From Obrimoposthia wandeli (taxonomy: Eukaryota): a DNA stretch of 63,265 bases. The stretch covers positions 186,001-249,265 of the forward strand of contig CDROCS010003202.1 in the NCBI GenBank assembly GCA_977020255.1, given 5' to 3'. The notes under the pieces were generated by a model. It saw only the letters and a list, made by a program, of their open reading frames with translations. It did not search any database and was not told the DNA's origin. Below are positions 35,001-50,000 of the stretch, in pieces. Numbering within the stretch: position 1 is the first letter of the stretch; every line of letters starts with the position of its first letter. The translations under genes were made by a program, and so were the position numbers.

Positions 35001-38000
35001 AAATCAAGCTGTATGCACATTGGCCCAGAGTCCCGAATCACATTCTCTGTCAGTTGGACGGCCCTCAGTAAGAAGTCTCTGTTGCTGTTTACTATTTACA
35101 TGTTGTCTTTCCACCTCCAGTCTGCCTGTGTCCACTGCCAATATGTGGTACATGCTGTGCGACATGGAGAGCTCTTTCGATGGTATACACTGTGAGTTTC
35201 AATAACCAGGGATTTATGGGATTTTTATTGGGTGCTCACACATAAATGCAAACTGCAACATTTATGTATTTTTTAAAATTTTAATAAATTTACTTTTACT
35301 GTAGGTTGGCTATATTTTGAACTCAATTGTTGCTTTGAGTGGTCAAGTAAATTAATTTCATTATCTTTTCGTAATTATTTCTAATTCAACAAATCAATTT
35401 TGTTATAATTTGTCTTATGTCGTAGTTATGACTGCATTCTGCAGCACTAAATTGTTATTTACTGTTAATCGCATTTTTCCAATCAATATTAATTTAATTT
35501 TTAACATAACAAAACAAGAAACATGTATTTAATCTAGCTTCGGAATGTAGTTTTTCACAAATGCTTTTAGTTTTAAGTTAAAACTTTTAACTGTTTGAAT
35601 TCATTTAAATTTGATTTTAGTAATCATCAACTACTTTTAAAAATAAATAGTACAGCTTATGAATAAATATAAATTGTTTTGTGAAACTATAATTAATAAT
35701 GTCAGTGACGTACAATGTAGTCACCCTGGAATTTCGTATATATTTCAATTATCTCTTTCAAATTATTAGTAGCCAGAATTTACTTTATCGCTTAATTTAT
35801 ATTTTTGCTGGATACATTTCGTTATACATAATCCTTCAAATATGGAAGACTAGTAAAATATTATTAACAAATAAATACGTACAGGGCCTTAGTCAATAAT
35901 AAAAAAATCATTATAAGTGATACGTAATCAGGAATGAGCAACACGAAGCTAACGCATCTGTCCGGCGTGCAAAGCATCTACATTTAACACTGGACACATT
36001 TATATATAAATAAAGCGTGATTATCTTCATTCTTCAATGATAAGCTCTTTCTTTTATTTAATTTAAAATATAATCTTAATAATTTAGTGTAAAGTAAGAT
36101 TATTAAATATATAGTGCTTGAATCATGATGTACATTTTCAGATAAAACTCTACGCAAATTGCTCAAGGCGTTTTTGGTTGCTGAAAAGCCAACGGACATC
36201 GTACGGGACAGTAAACTGCAAGAATGTGAGTACACCGGAATATTATCTTTATATCAAATAAACATCAAATGGAAGTTATTTATTCCAATACTAAGCTGAA
36301 TAATTTTCTTTTTTTATGGCTGACATTTACCAAAAATTGTGGAACATTTAAGAAATAAAGTAAGTTTTTATATTTTAACAAATTTATCATGAAATTCTCC
36401 TTTAATAAGAGTATTCAGGGGAAAATCTTGTGAATAAACTGGGTTTGCCAGTTTGACCTGTAGCGCTGAGAACTCAGTTAATCCAAAATATAAATTAAAT
36501 TAAACGAATAGTTTTCATGAAGCTTTTACTAATACGTTTGTTGCTAAAATCAGTTCCTGTACATCGCAACTTTATCATTTGAAGCAGTTACGTATGGATT
36601 ATTTACCAGAAACCAGTAACCAGGCTATTTATACAATTGCATTCACTAACGCACTATATCAGGATACTCTTAATACAGCACTGTTGTCTAAATCATTTAT
36701 TAGATATTATTACTATCAGAAGCCATTTCTCCTTATTATAATTATGACTATTTTGAACAAATTTTTAGGTGTATTTGAAACCGGCTGAGCAGTGTCTGTC
36801 GATAAAGTAAAATATTAAATGTTGATTGTATATTTTACTACTTTTAATAATCGGTTTTAAATTTATGGATAACTTAAGGTTACTGCTCTTTAAAAGAAAA
36901 AACGGTGATAATAAAGCCCTTAAAGAAAGAAAATCGGGAGCTATGTGAGCATTATAGAAAACATGTATAAACATAATTGAGAATGCCCCACCAGTCCTCA
37001 TTAGGACTTCATACGAAATGGATGGGAGGAGACGGGGAAAATAAACTATTAACTCTATTTTGATGAAACAGTTGTTTAATGTATTTATTGATGATTAGTT
37101 GATGGTTAGTAGATTATTTGATAGAAATTGGTAAAACGTACTGAATCATTTTCATATTTAAAATTTAGGCGAAAGCAAACCTAATGATTTCATAATATAT
37201 TGTGCAATAAAAATTAGAAAATAGGGATAAAGTGTAACAGGAATAGGCGACAATGGTTAGTCATGACAAACGCAATACAACATACATGCTAACTCGATGT
37301 ATTCGACAATTCTAAAATATCCCTTATAAATGACCTAATACCAAACATTAATGTTATTTAATTTCAGTAAACAGCTTTACATCCAGCTTCGTTTCATTAA
37401 TTTCAGCATGCCATTAATTAGTTTAATCAGATTTAATATTCCCGTGCAGAGTAGCTTTTAGGCACAATACAGAAAACTGAAGACATCAGATTAAATTATA
37501 TTTAGTGATACTGTTGATATCAAAATTAAAAACATTCTTCAGATGATACTCACTTATTATCTAATTTCTCTATAGTATTTCCACATCAGTTTTTGAGAAT
37601 TGTTTTTTGTCTGTTTATCTAATCCACAAATTCAAAGTTCAGATTAAATGACATTCAGAATTTGAATTATAGTTTCCAATAAATTCAGGGTCTACCATCA
37701 ATATAAGCACAAACAATAATAAGTCACCTTCTAGTTCATGGTATGTTGTACAAAAGTTATAAATTGTAATCGCGAATCGTTGACAGTTGCTTTTGAGGAA
37801 ATGATACCGATTCTCTACTTCTACATCATATAGAAAGTCCAACAGATTTTTGATATTTATGTTGCATTTATCTTCATTTAACAATGTAAGTGGCCTTCTT
37901 CTGTATCCTCCTAATTTATCTCTAACGACGTAAGCTTTCTTGCTTCTCTGAATTTTTATGGATTCTTCGTCTTTTTCCACAGACCACCAAAATGTATCAG

Positions 38001-41000
38001 TCTTAAACACCACTAACTGATGATGGAAAACCAACGAAAGCCCTTGAATGCCGGTTAATGGAACTTTATTTCGATTAACTTCAGTGATTTTCTCAAATAT
38101 ATCTATTTCCTCTGCAATTTCGTCAAAGGTGTACGGTCTGAATTTGCCATTATCTTCCAATTTGAAATGAACCTCCTTTGTCCAACAATTTTCCTCCACA
38201 TTTGATTTAGTTGAACTCGAAGCCATATTGAATAACAGAGTTTAACGGATCCAAAAGCGTTGTTTATTTTTCAATACAGAACTTGACATTTCAACTGTCT
38301 GTTATTTATAGAAAGTCCAACTGGATTTTTCACTGTGCTGTAAGAACTCAAAAAGAAACTGAAAAGGGTATTTAAAATTTACTTTCAAACGAATTAAGAG
38401 TTACATAATTTTATAGAAGAAAATTTTACCATTATTTTAATAACACAATATATTTTTTTAATTAAAATAAATGCACTACTTAGTGAAGGAGAAAAACCAA
38501 AATTAACCAAATTACAACACTTTCTGAAATCTTTAAGTTTCCCTTCAGTTTAAATTTAGAATATATACTTGTTTTCTCTTGTCTTTTTGCTTACTTTTCG
38601 TCATGTTTTCTTTCATAAACTTTATAAAGTTGAATGATTAACATGAATATTTGCTATTAAATATATTTTAACTCTGATAAACTAAGTGATCTCCAAAAAC
38701 AAACCGATCTCCATTAAGCTAGTACAAAATACATAATAAAATATATAGAATCATTCACAATAATACTTTTTCTCTTTTCTGAAATTTTCTATATTAAAAA
38801 TGTAGTTTTCAAAATGACTACTAAACCTAGAAGGAAATATGTTATGTTTGGTTGAATCCCATTATAATAACAGACTACAAAATCTTTGTTGTAGTGGTTG
38901 ACCAGTTTTGTAGTGGCTTACATGAGTTTGAAATTGGATTGATTACACTACAATACATGATTTTGTTTAACAAAAATTATTTATTATATGCTTTAAGCAT
39001 TTTTAATGTATATTTCAAATTTGTTTTTACTTCTACATCTAGATTTCTTTTAAAACACATTTGAAGATTTTTTGTTGTTGAAGATGATAGTTATTCAACT
39101 GATATTTATGCCTATTGCAGCTCTAAGCGAAGGTTTGCCACCATAATGTAGCCCATCCACGATATAGTGGGACGGCATATTTGGGAGAATTTAAAATTCA
39201 CAAAGGAAGGATGTAAAAAATATATAATTTTAAATGCATTTGTAACGAAAGGAAGAGCAAGAATCTCATAGTGGTTTCACCTTATTATAATAAGTTATTG
39301 CATTTATTTATATTACAATCTGCGTATATTTTGTGCATCTATATATATACCGGGTTATTCACAAGTAACCTACCATCTTAAATTCCATCTAGTATGAAAA
39401 GAACGATTCAAAATGTTATAGTACACATATTTCGAAAATTTACAATTTCGGATTAACTATTGAGCACATGTTCCAAAACTGCTACTAACAGACTCGTCGA
39501 TTGGTCTTCCACCTTTCGACAAATTGTGCACTGTGCCTTCTTTCTCGAATTTCGTTATATGATTTCTGACAGTGTGTCGATCAGGTAAGTTTTCTCGTTT
39601 CTTTATATTCATGGAAGTACCAAAGGCTCTGATTTTTGTAAAAAAATTTCGCAAAGAGGATACATTCTTCGACAGAAAGCATTTCGGTGACAGAAAGCAA
39701 ATTTAAAATTAAAATCTTAAAATTAAATTAAAGCATTAAAACAAAAACAAAATGAATATTATATCAAAATTCATAAATCTGATTTATCCAAGAGAACAGC
39801 CATAGAAAAGAATTTGTTTAAATATATTTGTATCAATTTAATATCAATTTAAATATGGTAGGTTACTTATGAATATCTCGGTATATGTGTTTATGTTTAT
39901 TTGTAATTTTGTGTGTAAAGTTTATGGTGATGTGATACAAAAAATGAATTTTATTTTTGAATTTAGGATTTAAAATATAAAATTACACTGGTCTCATGAA
40001 AATGGTGATGTTTAATTTCCCGACAATCAATTGCCTGACTTTTTAAAAATTATTATCTTTTATTAAAATCATCCAGAAGTTTATTGCCAGTTTTATCACA
40101 TCCATAACAGTTTTATTTTATTTTCACCAATTCAAAATATGTTTCTCTTTTATTTCTTTTTAGATTCTAAAAAACTTTTCTAATTTTACCTTTAACTTTT
40201 TTTCATTTTTTTTTTAAATAATTTTTTAGTACACTTATTTTCCTGCAAATAGGTTTTTAATTGCGTTGGAGTGTTGGGTTACAATAAATTAATTTTATTT
40301 TTAGTATAAATACTTATGTCGTTTATTATAAATTCATTTTCCTAATCTAACAGTATGATCGCGTTGATGAAGGATAAGTTAATGAGTTTGAAGCGTTAGA
40401 TGAATCATGTTTAGTATTGAAGATGTTGTACAGTAATTATTCACCTATAAGGGGTCCCACCTATAAGGGTGTCCGGTCACTGAAAATTTCACGCTTCACC
40501 TATAATAGTGAAGTAATGCAATTGATTCGGTGTCGGTCTCTCAGAACTTATACATATTTTAGTATAATCCCCACATGGCCTGATTTATTGATTTTCTGAA
40601 AATTAGGTGTTGATTTATTAGAGATACGAGTCAGATAGAATGTGTGAGTTGTGATGCTAATTATGTTCTCTATGACTGATAAACTTACATACAGTTAATT
40701 TAATATCATTGTGCAGTGGACTCAGTGCAAATCAATCAGCCGCTGCTGAAGTTGACACAGCCTCCCATCAGCCACAAGATCGCCCATCAGCTCGGGCGTG
40801 TAACTCCTGCATTGACTTCTTCAGCCAATAGATCGCCCAGCCACTCGAATAACAGCTCGCCTCTCAACGACAAGATGGTCCAGACGATCCTCGAGGTGAG
40901 ATAACCCGATTACACCGGTTTCATTTGGAAATTGACTCTACAATTGCCTTTTCAGGATTTTCTTTCTTTCAAAAGATTAATTGGTGCTTTTCTAGTGTAA

Positions 41001-44000
41001 CACTGGTGAAAAATGATATGAAAAATAAAATAATTATCTCGATATCAATTTTAAAAAATCATGTTTTATTTATTTAATTGTAGTAAACAATTTTTAAATT
41101 ATAATATTAGGGTGTCATAAGTATTTTTTTTCATGACCACTCTTTAAATATATTATACTGAGATATGTTTGTTAAAATATATTCTAGGTATAAAGTTGAC
41201 CCATACGAAATGTCAGAAAATCACAAATTAAAAAGTTGAAATTTGTAAAAAGTTGCTGAAATATTCATTAAATACGTTTTTTAAAAGAATTATTACTAAT
41301 GATGAAAATGGGTCTATTTACGTAACTCATAAAAGAGTGGTTAGATACTGGTTAGTTCGCAGAACCGGTAGCTAAAGTCTTAAGTTCGTCAGGAAGTACT
41401 TACTGTGTGTTTGGTGGAATTTTGAACAAGTAATTCACTTTGAGCTGCTTCATGAGGGTGAAACAATAAACTCTGATAACTATTGTGAATAATTTCGTGT
41501 TTGAAAGATAAATATTCTTTATTTAACCAAAAGATAGTAGTACTGTTGTATAATAATGTGAGACCGCAAAATGTCTGAAAATCTACATGGTTTTGACAAC
41601 ATTGTATTGCTGGCACATCTAGCTTATATCACAAACTTAGCTTCTTCAGATTACCGCCCTTTTGATCCATGGCATCTTTTCTGAAAGACAGGCGCTTCAA
41701 TGATCTGGTGTAAAAGGGGTGTCGGGAGTTTTTCGAGTCTTAATCCAAGCACTGGTTTTCGTAGAATCAGACAATTAGCAGAAAGATGACAGAAAACCAT
41801 AGATCATGATGGACTTTATTTCAAATGTATATATTTTGTGTTTTTTGCAATTTTCATTTAAACTTTTTTAAAATCAAAAGTACTTATGAGACACCTTAAT
41901 ATGAATCCAACAACACTTTTATCAATCAGAGAACAGTCTATTGCATTTTTAGTTTTAAAGAAATTTGTGGATGAACAATTTCATCCCTTTTTCAAATATT
42001 TTGATATTATATTTGGAGATTTTCCTTTATGAAATTTCTAACTTTTCTTCTTTCTTTAAACGTTTATTATTAATCAAACAGTTAAATATGTTCAATATCA
42101 ATTTATAAAAATTATATTAGGTATATATTTTTGAGACAATTTTAACTCTAAAAAAGCTTTTATTTCAATAATTCATAATTTCATATAAATCTTTAGCTAC
42201 TCAATAATATATATTTAAATTTGAAATTATTAAAGTAAAATTTTGAAATGTTTAATGTAAAAAAATTTGAAATTATTAAAGTATAATTTTGAAATGTTTA
42301 ATGTAAAAATGTAGATCTTTGTTTTATAACAGTTTTATAATGTCACAAATTAAAAATTCCACATTGCATTGATATTTTCATTCAGTTCCTGTTTCCAGAC
42401 GTACCCAGGCCTACAAGTCCGCCTGTCCTTCATCACCCTTACCAGTTCACCTTTCTCGACAAACTACCCAATGTGCAGGTTCGTGCCCACCCCATTCTCG
42501 TACCGGGGACTGACCGAGTTTGACTTATATCGAATGCCAAATCCTGTAATCATTTAGTCGATATTTAGACAGGATTATTCGTAATTACTTTTATGGTGAT
42601 ATATTTATAGTCCATACACCTGATAGATAACAGTTATGCCAACAATGTATATAGCAGTTAATAAGAGTAGTCACACCAATACCCACAATTACTTCATTGA
42701 AACACCCTCACACAAAAATCAATTTTTGATTATCTAATTTCAATGAAATTATCAAAATTCAGTCGGCGTTTAGAAATTAAAATATTTTAAATTTATTCTT
42801 TGAATTTAATAAGAGTCATTTAAGAGTCATCCTTAGTTTTGATTGCGTGCATTATCACGTTGTTTCGAATTTATCTTCTTCAGTATCGCGAGAATATCCT
42901 TTTCCAAGCTAAAAGTTGTTTTGTAGTAGATTTTCCTTGCGAAGTAGCGACTACCATTTTTTACCTGAACACCATTGCGTGGCTTATACATTTAAGACGA
43001 CATGGTGTTATTTTTCAAAACACCGTCATTCTGTAAAGGGCAAATACATTTTGATTGTCCGATTATTTTATCTAGTTTTCGTTTAATATTCTCACATATT
43101 TGAGAGTGATGCACCAGTTTATATCGTTGTATTCTGTAGGTGAAGTATAATAATACTAATTATAACCAAAAAATATATTATTATTGTATATGAAAAACAA
43201 TACCGATGTCAGTTTCAATTTTATTCTTATAAACTAGAAGTAGAGAATGCCTCTAGAATTGCATGTCGATCATTTTATGTCGGTCTCTAAAGGAAAATAA
43301 CTCATTAATGAAATATCGAAGGACATTTTGGATACAATCTAATTGGCTCACTTTAATCTTTTCAATGAGTTCAATTAGACTTTCAGTTTGCACCTAAAAA
43401 GTGTGAATAAATATATAACAAAATCGATTATAACAATTGGATATAAGTTTTGTGTTGGTGTTCTATTCGAGTTACCTAACAATGTTTTAAGTTTTTATTT
43501 TGAAACCAAGGTGTATTGTTTGGGAGATGGTAGTCGTCATTGGTTCTTCTTTTGCAGAAGGTCAACAAGAGGTTCCCCAGTGCCAACATATCTTCGTCTC
43601 TGTTCCACCGGATCTCTATCTGCCTAACCAACCTTCTCAGTCAACACAAGGATGGTCTCAAGTGTCTCTCTTACGTTTGGAATGTACGTTTGTATTTATA
43701 ACCCGGATTTAACGTTTGGTTGTTGTGAAATTCAAGTGTTACGAATATCAATATGTCATTTTTGGTTTATATCTTATTGATTTATAAATACAGCTAATCT
43801 TATTCCTAGACTGTCTCTTGAAAGTGAAGCCCGCTCATTTAGGAGGTTCTGTTGGAGTTGCGCTATCGATTCGAGCACGCAATCCCATTCCCGGAGACGC
43901 GTCAGAGTGAGGAGTTTGATCGCCTGAAGAGCCAGGACGATGATGACGAAGAAGATAGTGCAGAAGAAGCTGAGTGCAAGGATGAGCTTTATGCGACACT

Positions 44001-47000
44001 GCTGCAGAGATCGATGCCACACTTAGCCGAGACCAAGGTGGAGCAGCGCATGCACCTCATTAACTACTGCATCCTAGCACGGCTGCGTCATGAGTTCTTG
44101 CGCACCGCACCACTTGTCGATGCTACTTCGTCTTCTGTGGAAGACACGTCAGCTCCCGTAGATTTTGATTCCGTTTCTACAGCTGTGGGTGACGGTAACG
44201 GAGAAGAAGAGGAAGAAACATTCTTTGATTGTCCCAGCGACGAAGAACAGGTATTTGTTGTTATGTATAGCAAGGCTTCTTAAACTATCGGTCAGGAGCC
44301 CTACGAGGGTCGTTAAAAATTCGGGAGTAACGATAAATATTTTACACTATGTAGCACTGAATATAGTTTAAATTGTTATTTTTTCAAGACAGTTAAAATT
44401 ATTCAATTGGAATGTTTAGTAAAACAATTCAAGAAATGTTTCTGTTTGAATTTAACAGTTATCAATTTGATTGGGTTCAAACCCCTGCAATGTAGCAATA
44501 GAAAAAGTGAAATGTATTTCATTAAATGCTCAAAGATTAGCGAAACTTTCGAGAGATACGATTCTGGAGCTTGGATTTTCTGAAGAAACCTTGAATTTGT
44601 TACGAACTAATGTTAAAGCCGAGTTTAAATAATATCTGACTTAGCAGTGGAAATTGTTCTTCCATTTGCTACCATAAACTGTGTGAATCATCGTTTTCAA
44701 CACTATTTTTAATTAGAGACCTGCGCTATCTACAATAATCTCAAGAATGGAGTAACTCCGTAAGACAACGCAAGCTTATACATCTCAGTAAATTTAAACT
44801 TAAATTTTTTATATTTGCATAATTTTCAAAGTAATGTTTATCTTAATATTTGAATAATTCAACACGATATTTTTCATTCAATCGGTCTGTATTTTTTATT
44901 ACTTTGAACTAATTCGATAAAAACTATTTGCTCGTTGCATGAACTGCTTATGCCTATATATTGTCAGGCGTAAATACCATTTATCTGTCTGTATTACAAA
45001 AATGAGTCAGGTAGAAAAAAGTCTAAGAAGCCCTGGTGTATCGTAACGAACTAACTCAATGTCCACCCCTTGTTCAATATGCATACATTGGGACAATAAT
45101 GTTTCATATTTAAGTTGCATTTTATTAGAAATACATTTTGTTTTCTGCATCAATACTATTGTAAAAATTCAAAGTTAATATTTTATTTAATTTAACTTTA
45201 TTCTCCTGATATATCAACAAAGTGAAAATTACCGTTTATTTTTCTAATTCTTAGAACAAATATAAGAAAATGTATAATATATACTGTTTATTTGACTATG
45301 TTGTTGTATTATTTAAAAACGGTCACGATAACCCTCTTGATCAAACTAAAAATAGTTTATTACTTTTATTTTAAAAATATATCATCCAAAATTGATTTTC
45401 CTAAATTATAAGACTAATTAAACATTATATAAGGTGTAATATGTTGCTCATTATAACCTAAAATAGATAATTGTGCATATTTGTAATAAAATATCACTTA
45501 ATAAATACACGATTAGGTTACCATATTAAAATAATTTAACCGTTTAAAATATTCTATGGATTAAATTTTCTAAATCAATATGATAGTAAATAATTTTATA
45601 TTTTAATCATTAAATATTAGTAATAATTTTATTCTTAATTGTGTATGTAAATTACATAATCATTATAACGTAATTTCAAAATAGCAATTAAAAACTGATA
45701 TAGCTAATTATTATGTTGTTTTCAAATTGCATTTTAATATAAATATATTTAATTAAGTTAGTACTAGTTAATTTAATGATATGTTGCGTATATGGTTGAA
45801 TTGTTCTTCATCTACATCCCTAGTCCAACTTACCTGTATTGCTTCCTCATCACACTAATTTCTGATTGGCTTGTAGAGCCCCAGGACAATAGACAATGAA
45901 GTGGAGCCACGTGGACGGTTACGCCAATGTGGCCATTTGTGTCTCCTGAAGCGACCCGGTGTGTCGCTGTACGTCCCTGTGACGCAAGTGCTGCCAGTCC
46001 GCTGTGTTGGTGATCATGACAACGACAGTGACGGCAGCACAGCATCGCTGGTAGCTGACATGAGTGCATTCAAGGCTGCCAACCCTGGAGGATGTGTCAT
46101 GGAGGACTTCATCCGATGGTACAGTCCCCGAGACTTTGTCTGCAGCACCGGTAAGTTTACCAATCGCCTTCAGTTTTCTATAAGACTGATATTTGGTGTT
46201 GTAAAAAATTTATATAGATATTTGCAGTTGTGTAGTGCCTTGTGAGATTGTCTGATCTGATGTTTCTCGTCGTAAATCCTCCAGACGCAGAATCGACAGC
46301 AAAGTCAGTGTCAGCGGGTGACGACGGCAGCAGTGGAGGAGGTCTGAGTGGCCGCATGCGTGTGATCGACAACGCGTGGCAGCGCTGCTGGACAAAGGCA
46401 GTTCCTCAACCTGCCAGGGCGCAGCGCCGCCTCTTTGACGAGACCAGTGCTGCTGAGGCCGCCTTCCACTGGCTGCAGCAACTCACCATCGCCGAGTTGG
46501 CCTCAAGTGTCATCAATTACGTGCTGGTGGACTCACTATACGCGGTTGTGGACTGCCTAGAGGACACTGGTGAGTCTTGAAGGTCATTGGTTGAAACTGG
46601 ATTGGTATTGATCGTTTGGGGTATAGGACAACCGACCACAACATACTTCGATCGCCTAACTTTGTTTGCAGATAGTCCTGATCTTTTCCGGCAAGTGGAT
46701 GATGCTGCCGTCTTGTTACTGCGCTTCCTCGAGTCAATGGACCCGCTTGATGTGACTGGAGCGGAATTGGAGTACTACCAGGCCTATGACGAGATGATCA
46801 CGCTTTTCCAGCGCCTCGAGTTCAGCTTGGCCATCAAGACTTCGCTGCACACCAAGTTTTTCCGGGATTCTGGTGAGTCGAGTGACAATAAACTGCAAAG
46901 TCGGGAACTGGTTAAGTGATTAAGTCGATTCAACAAAAAACCAGCCGTACAAATTGATAAATATTTTGAAAAATTCGCTAAAACATTCTCTTTGATTTAC

Positions 47001-50000
47001 CGTTCAGTTCGTTATGTCCAGTGATAGATCAAATTAAAAGCATTTATCTATTTTTGATTCATCGCACATCGCCTGTTCTGCTTACCAAAATGGCCAAATA
47101 AATTGTGCGACTTCAATGAAGAAAGTCAGTCAGCGTACCTATTTAAATTTCGAGAATAAGTTGAATAATCCCCAGTAATTTTAATCATTTGTTTAATTAT
47201 AAGGAATATATTTTCTCATTTAGTCAAAAATTTGTATGTACAGTTGGTTCCTTGGGTGGATCGGGCTAGAGTAGCTGTTACTCAAAAATGTCTAGTGCTT
47301 TAGATAGCGCAAGTTTCTGTGTGCTCCAAGGTTACAGAACATTCACATATGATTTACCGGTTGATTTAATTTTTAACTTTAAATCGTTCGTAGTACTGAT
47401 CGAAATACAAAATTCACAGTTGAAACTATCTTCACTCCAGGAAGTTTTACAAGCGATCATTTTAAAAAAAATTGTTGAGATTTATTAAATATAACTTATT
47501 TACTTATTACATCTTCCCTAAAATTCATGTTAAATTTGGTTTCCAATTCGTCAAGTATACTTTAATTATACTGCAACAGTGGCAGCGGTAATTATTTGCT
47601 GTTATAAGGTAATAATTGATTCGGATTGGGTGTAATAAGTCCTTATTGCATACAACTTCTTCTAGGCACCAACTGTCACCAGCTCATCAACCGTGTGGTG
47701 TCTGGGAGCACAGATGAGGTCCCTCTCGTGCCATTGGCTCGCCAATCATCGAACCAGACGAGTGGAACCAGTAGCCAATCATCGGCACTGACCACGCTGT
47801 GTGACATGTACCGACTCTCGCACATGCTGCCGTCACCACAGCTTCAGGGCCAACACGTGAGTCAGCGGCAGTTGATTTACAGTTTTTAGAGGGCTCAATT
47901 ACAACGTCTTGTTTTGTCAAAAATAACAGTGTTCGATCTGAGAAGGTCACAAACGTGCTTTCAGTATTTTGAATAACTTTTGACTTCCTAGTTTTGAGAG
48001 AAAACATTTTAACAATCAAAGAATGTAAGCTAAAATGGGATCTTTGTTATTTTTCTCGTAAATGGTCCCCAACGCATATTTTTGCCCCCTCTTTTAAAAG
48101 AATTAGAATATCAAAATTGTGAAATGACAGTTTTGTTGAGCCTACTCTTTTATGCTTTAACTTTACTAATCAACATATCGTAAAAGGGCTGAGGATTTTA
48201 GACCCCCCATCAGCAACCCCTTCGGGAAAGCCCTATTAAATTTGTTAATTCTGTATACAAAATTTCTATAGTCTAAGAAGTCAAGTTGAGGTATTGATAA
48301 ATTAAAAATATTAAGTGAGCTATTATTTTGAAGTCTCGTTTAGCTGAAAAAGTTCTAAACCATTTAGGACGCTACATATTCGGCTGCGTAAAAGAACGAA
48401 TTTTGAAAATGATAAATTCTAACGAATCAGTATTTTTTTCACCTCTTCATTTCCTACAAATTTGAGCTTAATCACTACTATTCTTCGATTGTCAGTTTAA
48501 ATAGATACATTGGAAAGTTAGAAGCATTTTTGCTTATCATTGTTCATCAAATATATTCTTCTACTCAGCTCCACACCACGTTTAAGACGAAACACGAAAA
48601 ATGCTTGTAACTTTAACCAAGATTTACGGACGTTCTGAAATTTTGATAACTGTTAGCCAACATTGAAGAATATTATCTCTTAAAGATTCATTTACAAGAA
48701 ATAATATTTTAAATTTCGGATTTTTAAAGTATTTTCAAATATATCGAATTTGACAAAAATAAATATTGCACATCATCTTTATTTTTATTTCGTTTGCACA
48801 TCATCTTAAAGTTATTAATGGCATATAGTTAATAGTCACTTATCTTTTATATTTATTAACTTTATAAATGCGTCTGTAACATTTGGTCAAAAGTAATGTT
48901 TTAAAACCTCGATGCTTCTAAACAAGTTGTGACTCTCGAACTTACACGACACGTTGCAGACATCCTTCTAATGACCTTAGAAAACAAAAGATCTATTTCA
49001 TTCAGTGAGAGATGTCATTTGCAGACAAATGATGAAAAAGGACAAAAATATACAATTTTTAATGTTTTAGTTTACGAAAGTTTGTTCATATGTCTACTTA
49101 CTGTCACGTTCTGAATCTTTCACACATTAAGGTAGATATGTGAAACATTAACTTTATCTGATGTTCAACTTCAGAATAATACAGGGTTAAATTTAGAAAA
49201 TTCAAAAATTACGTTTTTACACTTTTTTCAAAATACAAACAAAATAAAGGTTATAGTTATTTTCTAATGTTTGATCTATGTTGTGTGCAATGCCTTGAAT
49301 TTATTTTTGACCAACGTGTTTGTTCATAAAAACTTTCGCTATATCGACTTTATTGATGTTTATCTAATTTTATCTTTATTTTTAACATTAGCTCTGGAGT
49401 GGAACCTAAATTACCTATATATTGAAACTAGCATAACATGTTGCCAACATCATTTAAATGACTAATAAAACACGTTTAATTTCATTTATTACACATCCAT
49501 TGAGAAGTTTAAAGATAAAATATTTAAATTTCGAAACCTTTAGCTACTTACTATTGTAGGCTGCGAAACTTTTAATTATTGTATTTTAACATTAGTCTAA
49601 TTATAAAGTAATTTTACCATATTTATTGGTATTTTGAATTGTTACAATTTTTGCATGTCGTATGAATTTAATAGAATACAAATTGGGTTTATATTGTATA
49701 AGATCATAGCACATGTAGAAATGTAGTCTGTCTGTTTCTGTTAAATAAATTAAGATTATTAGAAGAAAATTTGATTCTCCAAATTTTTAATTTACCTTCA
49801 TTTTTAATTTCAACTGCCCTCAGAGAAAATTATTTCCCCTAGATAAATGGTTTTGGTTCATTTTGAAAAATGAAACACAGTAACTTCCTGAGCCACAGGC
49901 TTTATAAATTGGCACTTTGCTGCTATTCTAATTTTGAATATTATATCTTATGAATATTTAATATTTAATATTACATCTGATATTTTTAATTTAATTTAAT

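Noticed and set aside
35984-36235. Possible hAT dimerisation-domain remnant
   Set aside because: The motif similarity is too weak and no termini were found.
1780-38030. Other CTGATGA matches (about 1790, 23320 and 38017) as additional hammerheads
   Set aside because: None has a paired helix II followed by GAAA with closing helices.
42399-42470. GC-rich candidate RAB3GAP1 exon
   Set aside because: Plausible, but the phase does not join its neighbours without another unidentified exon, and there is no recognisable homology.
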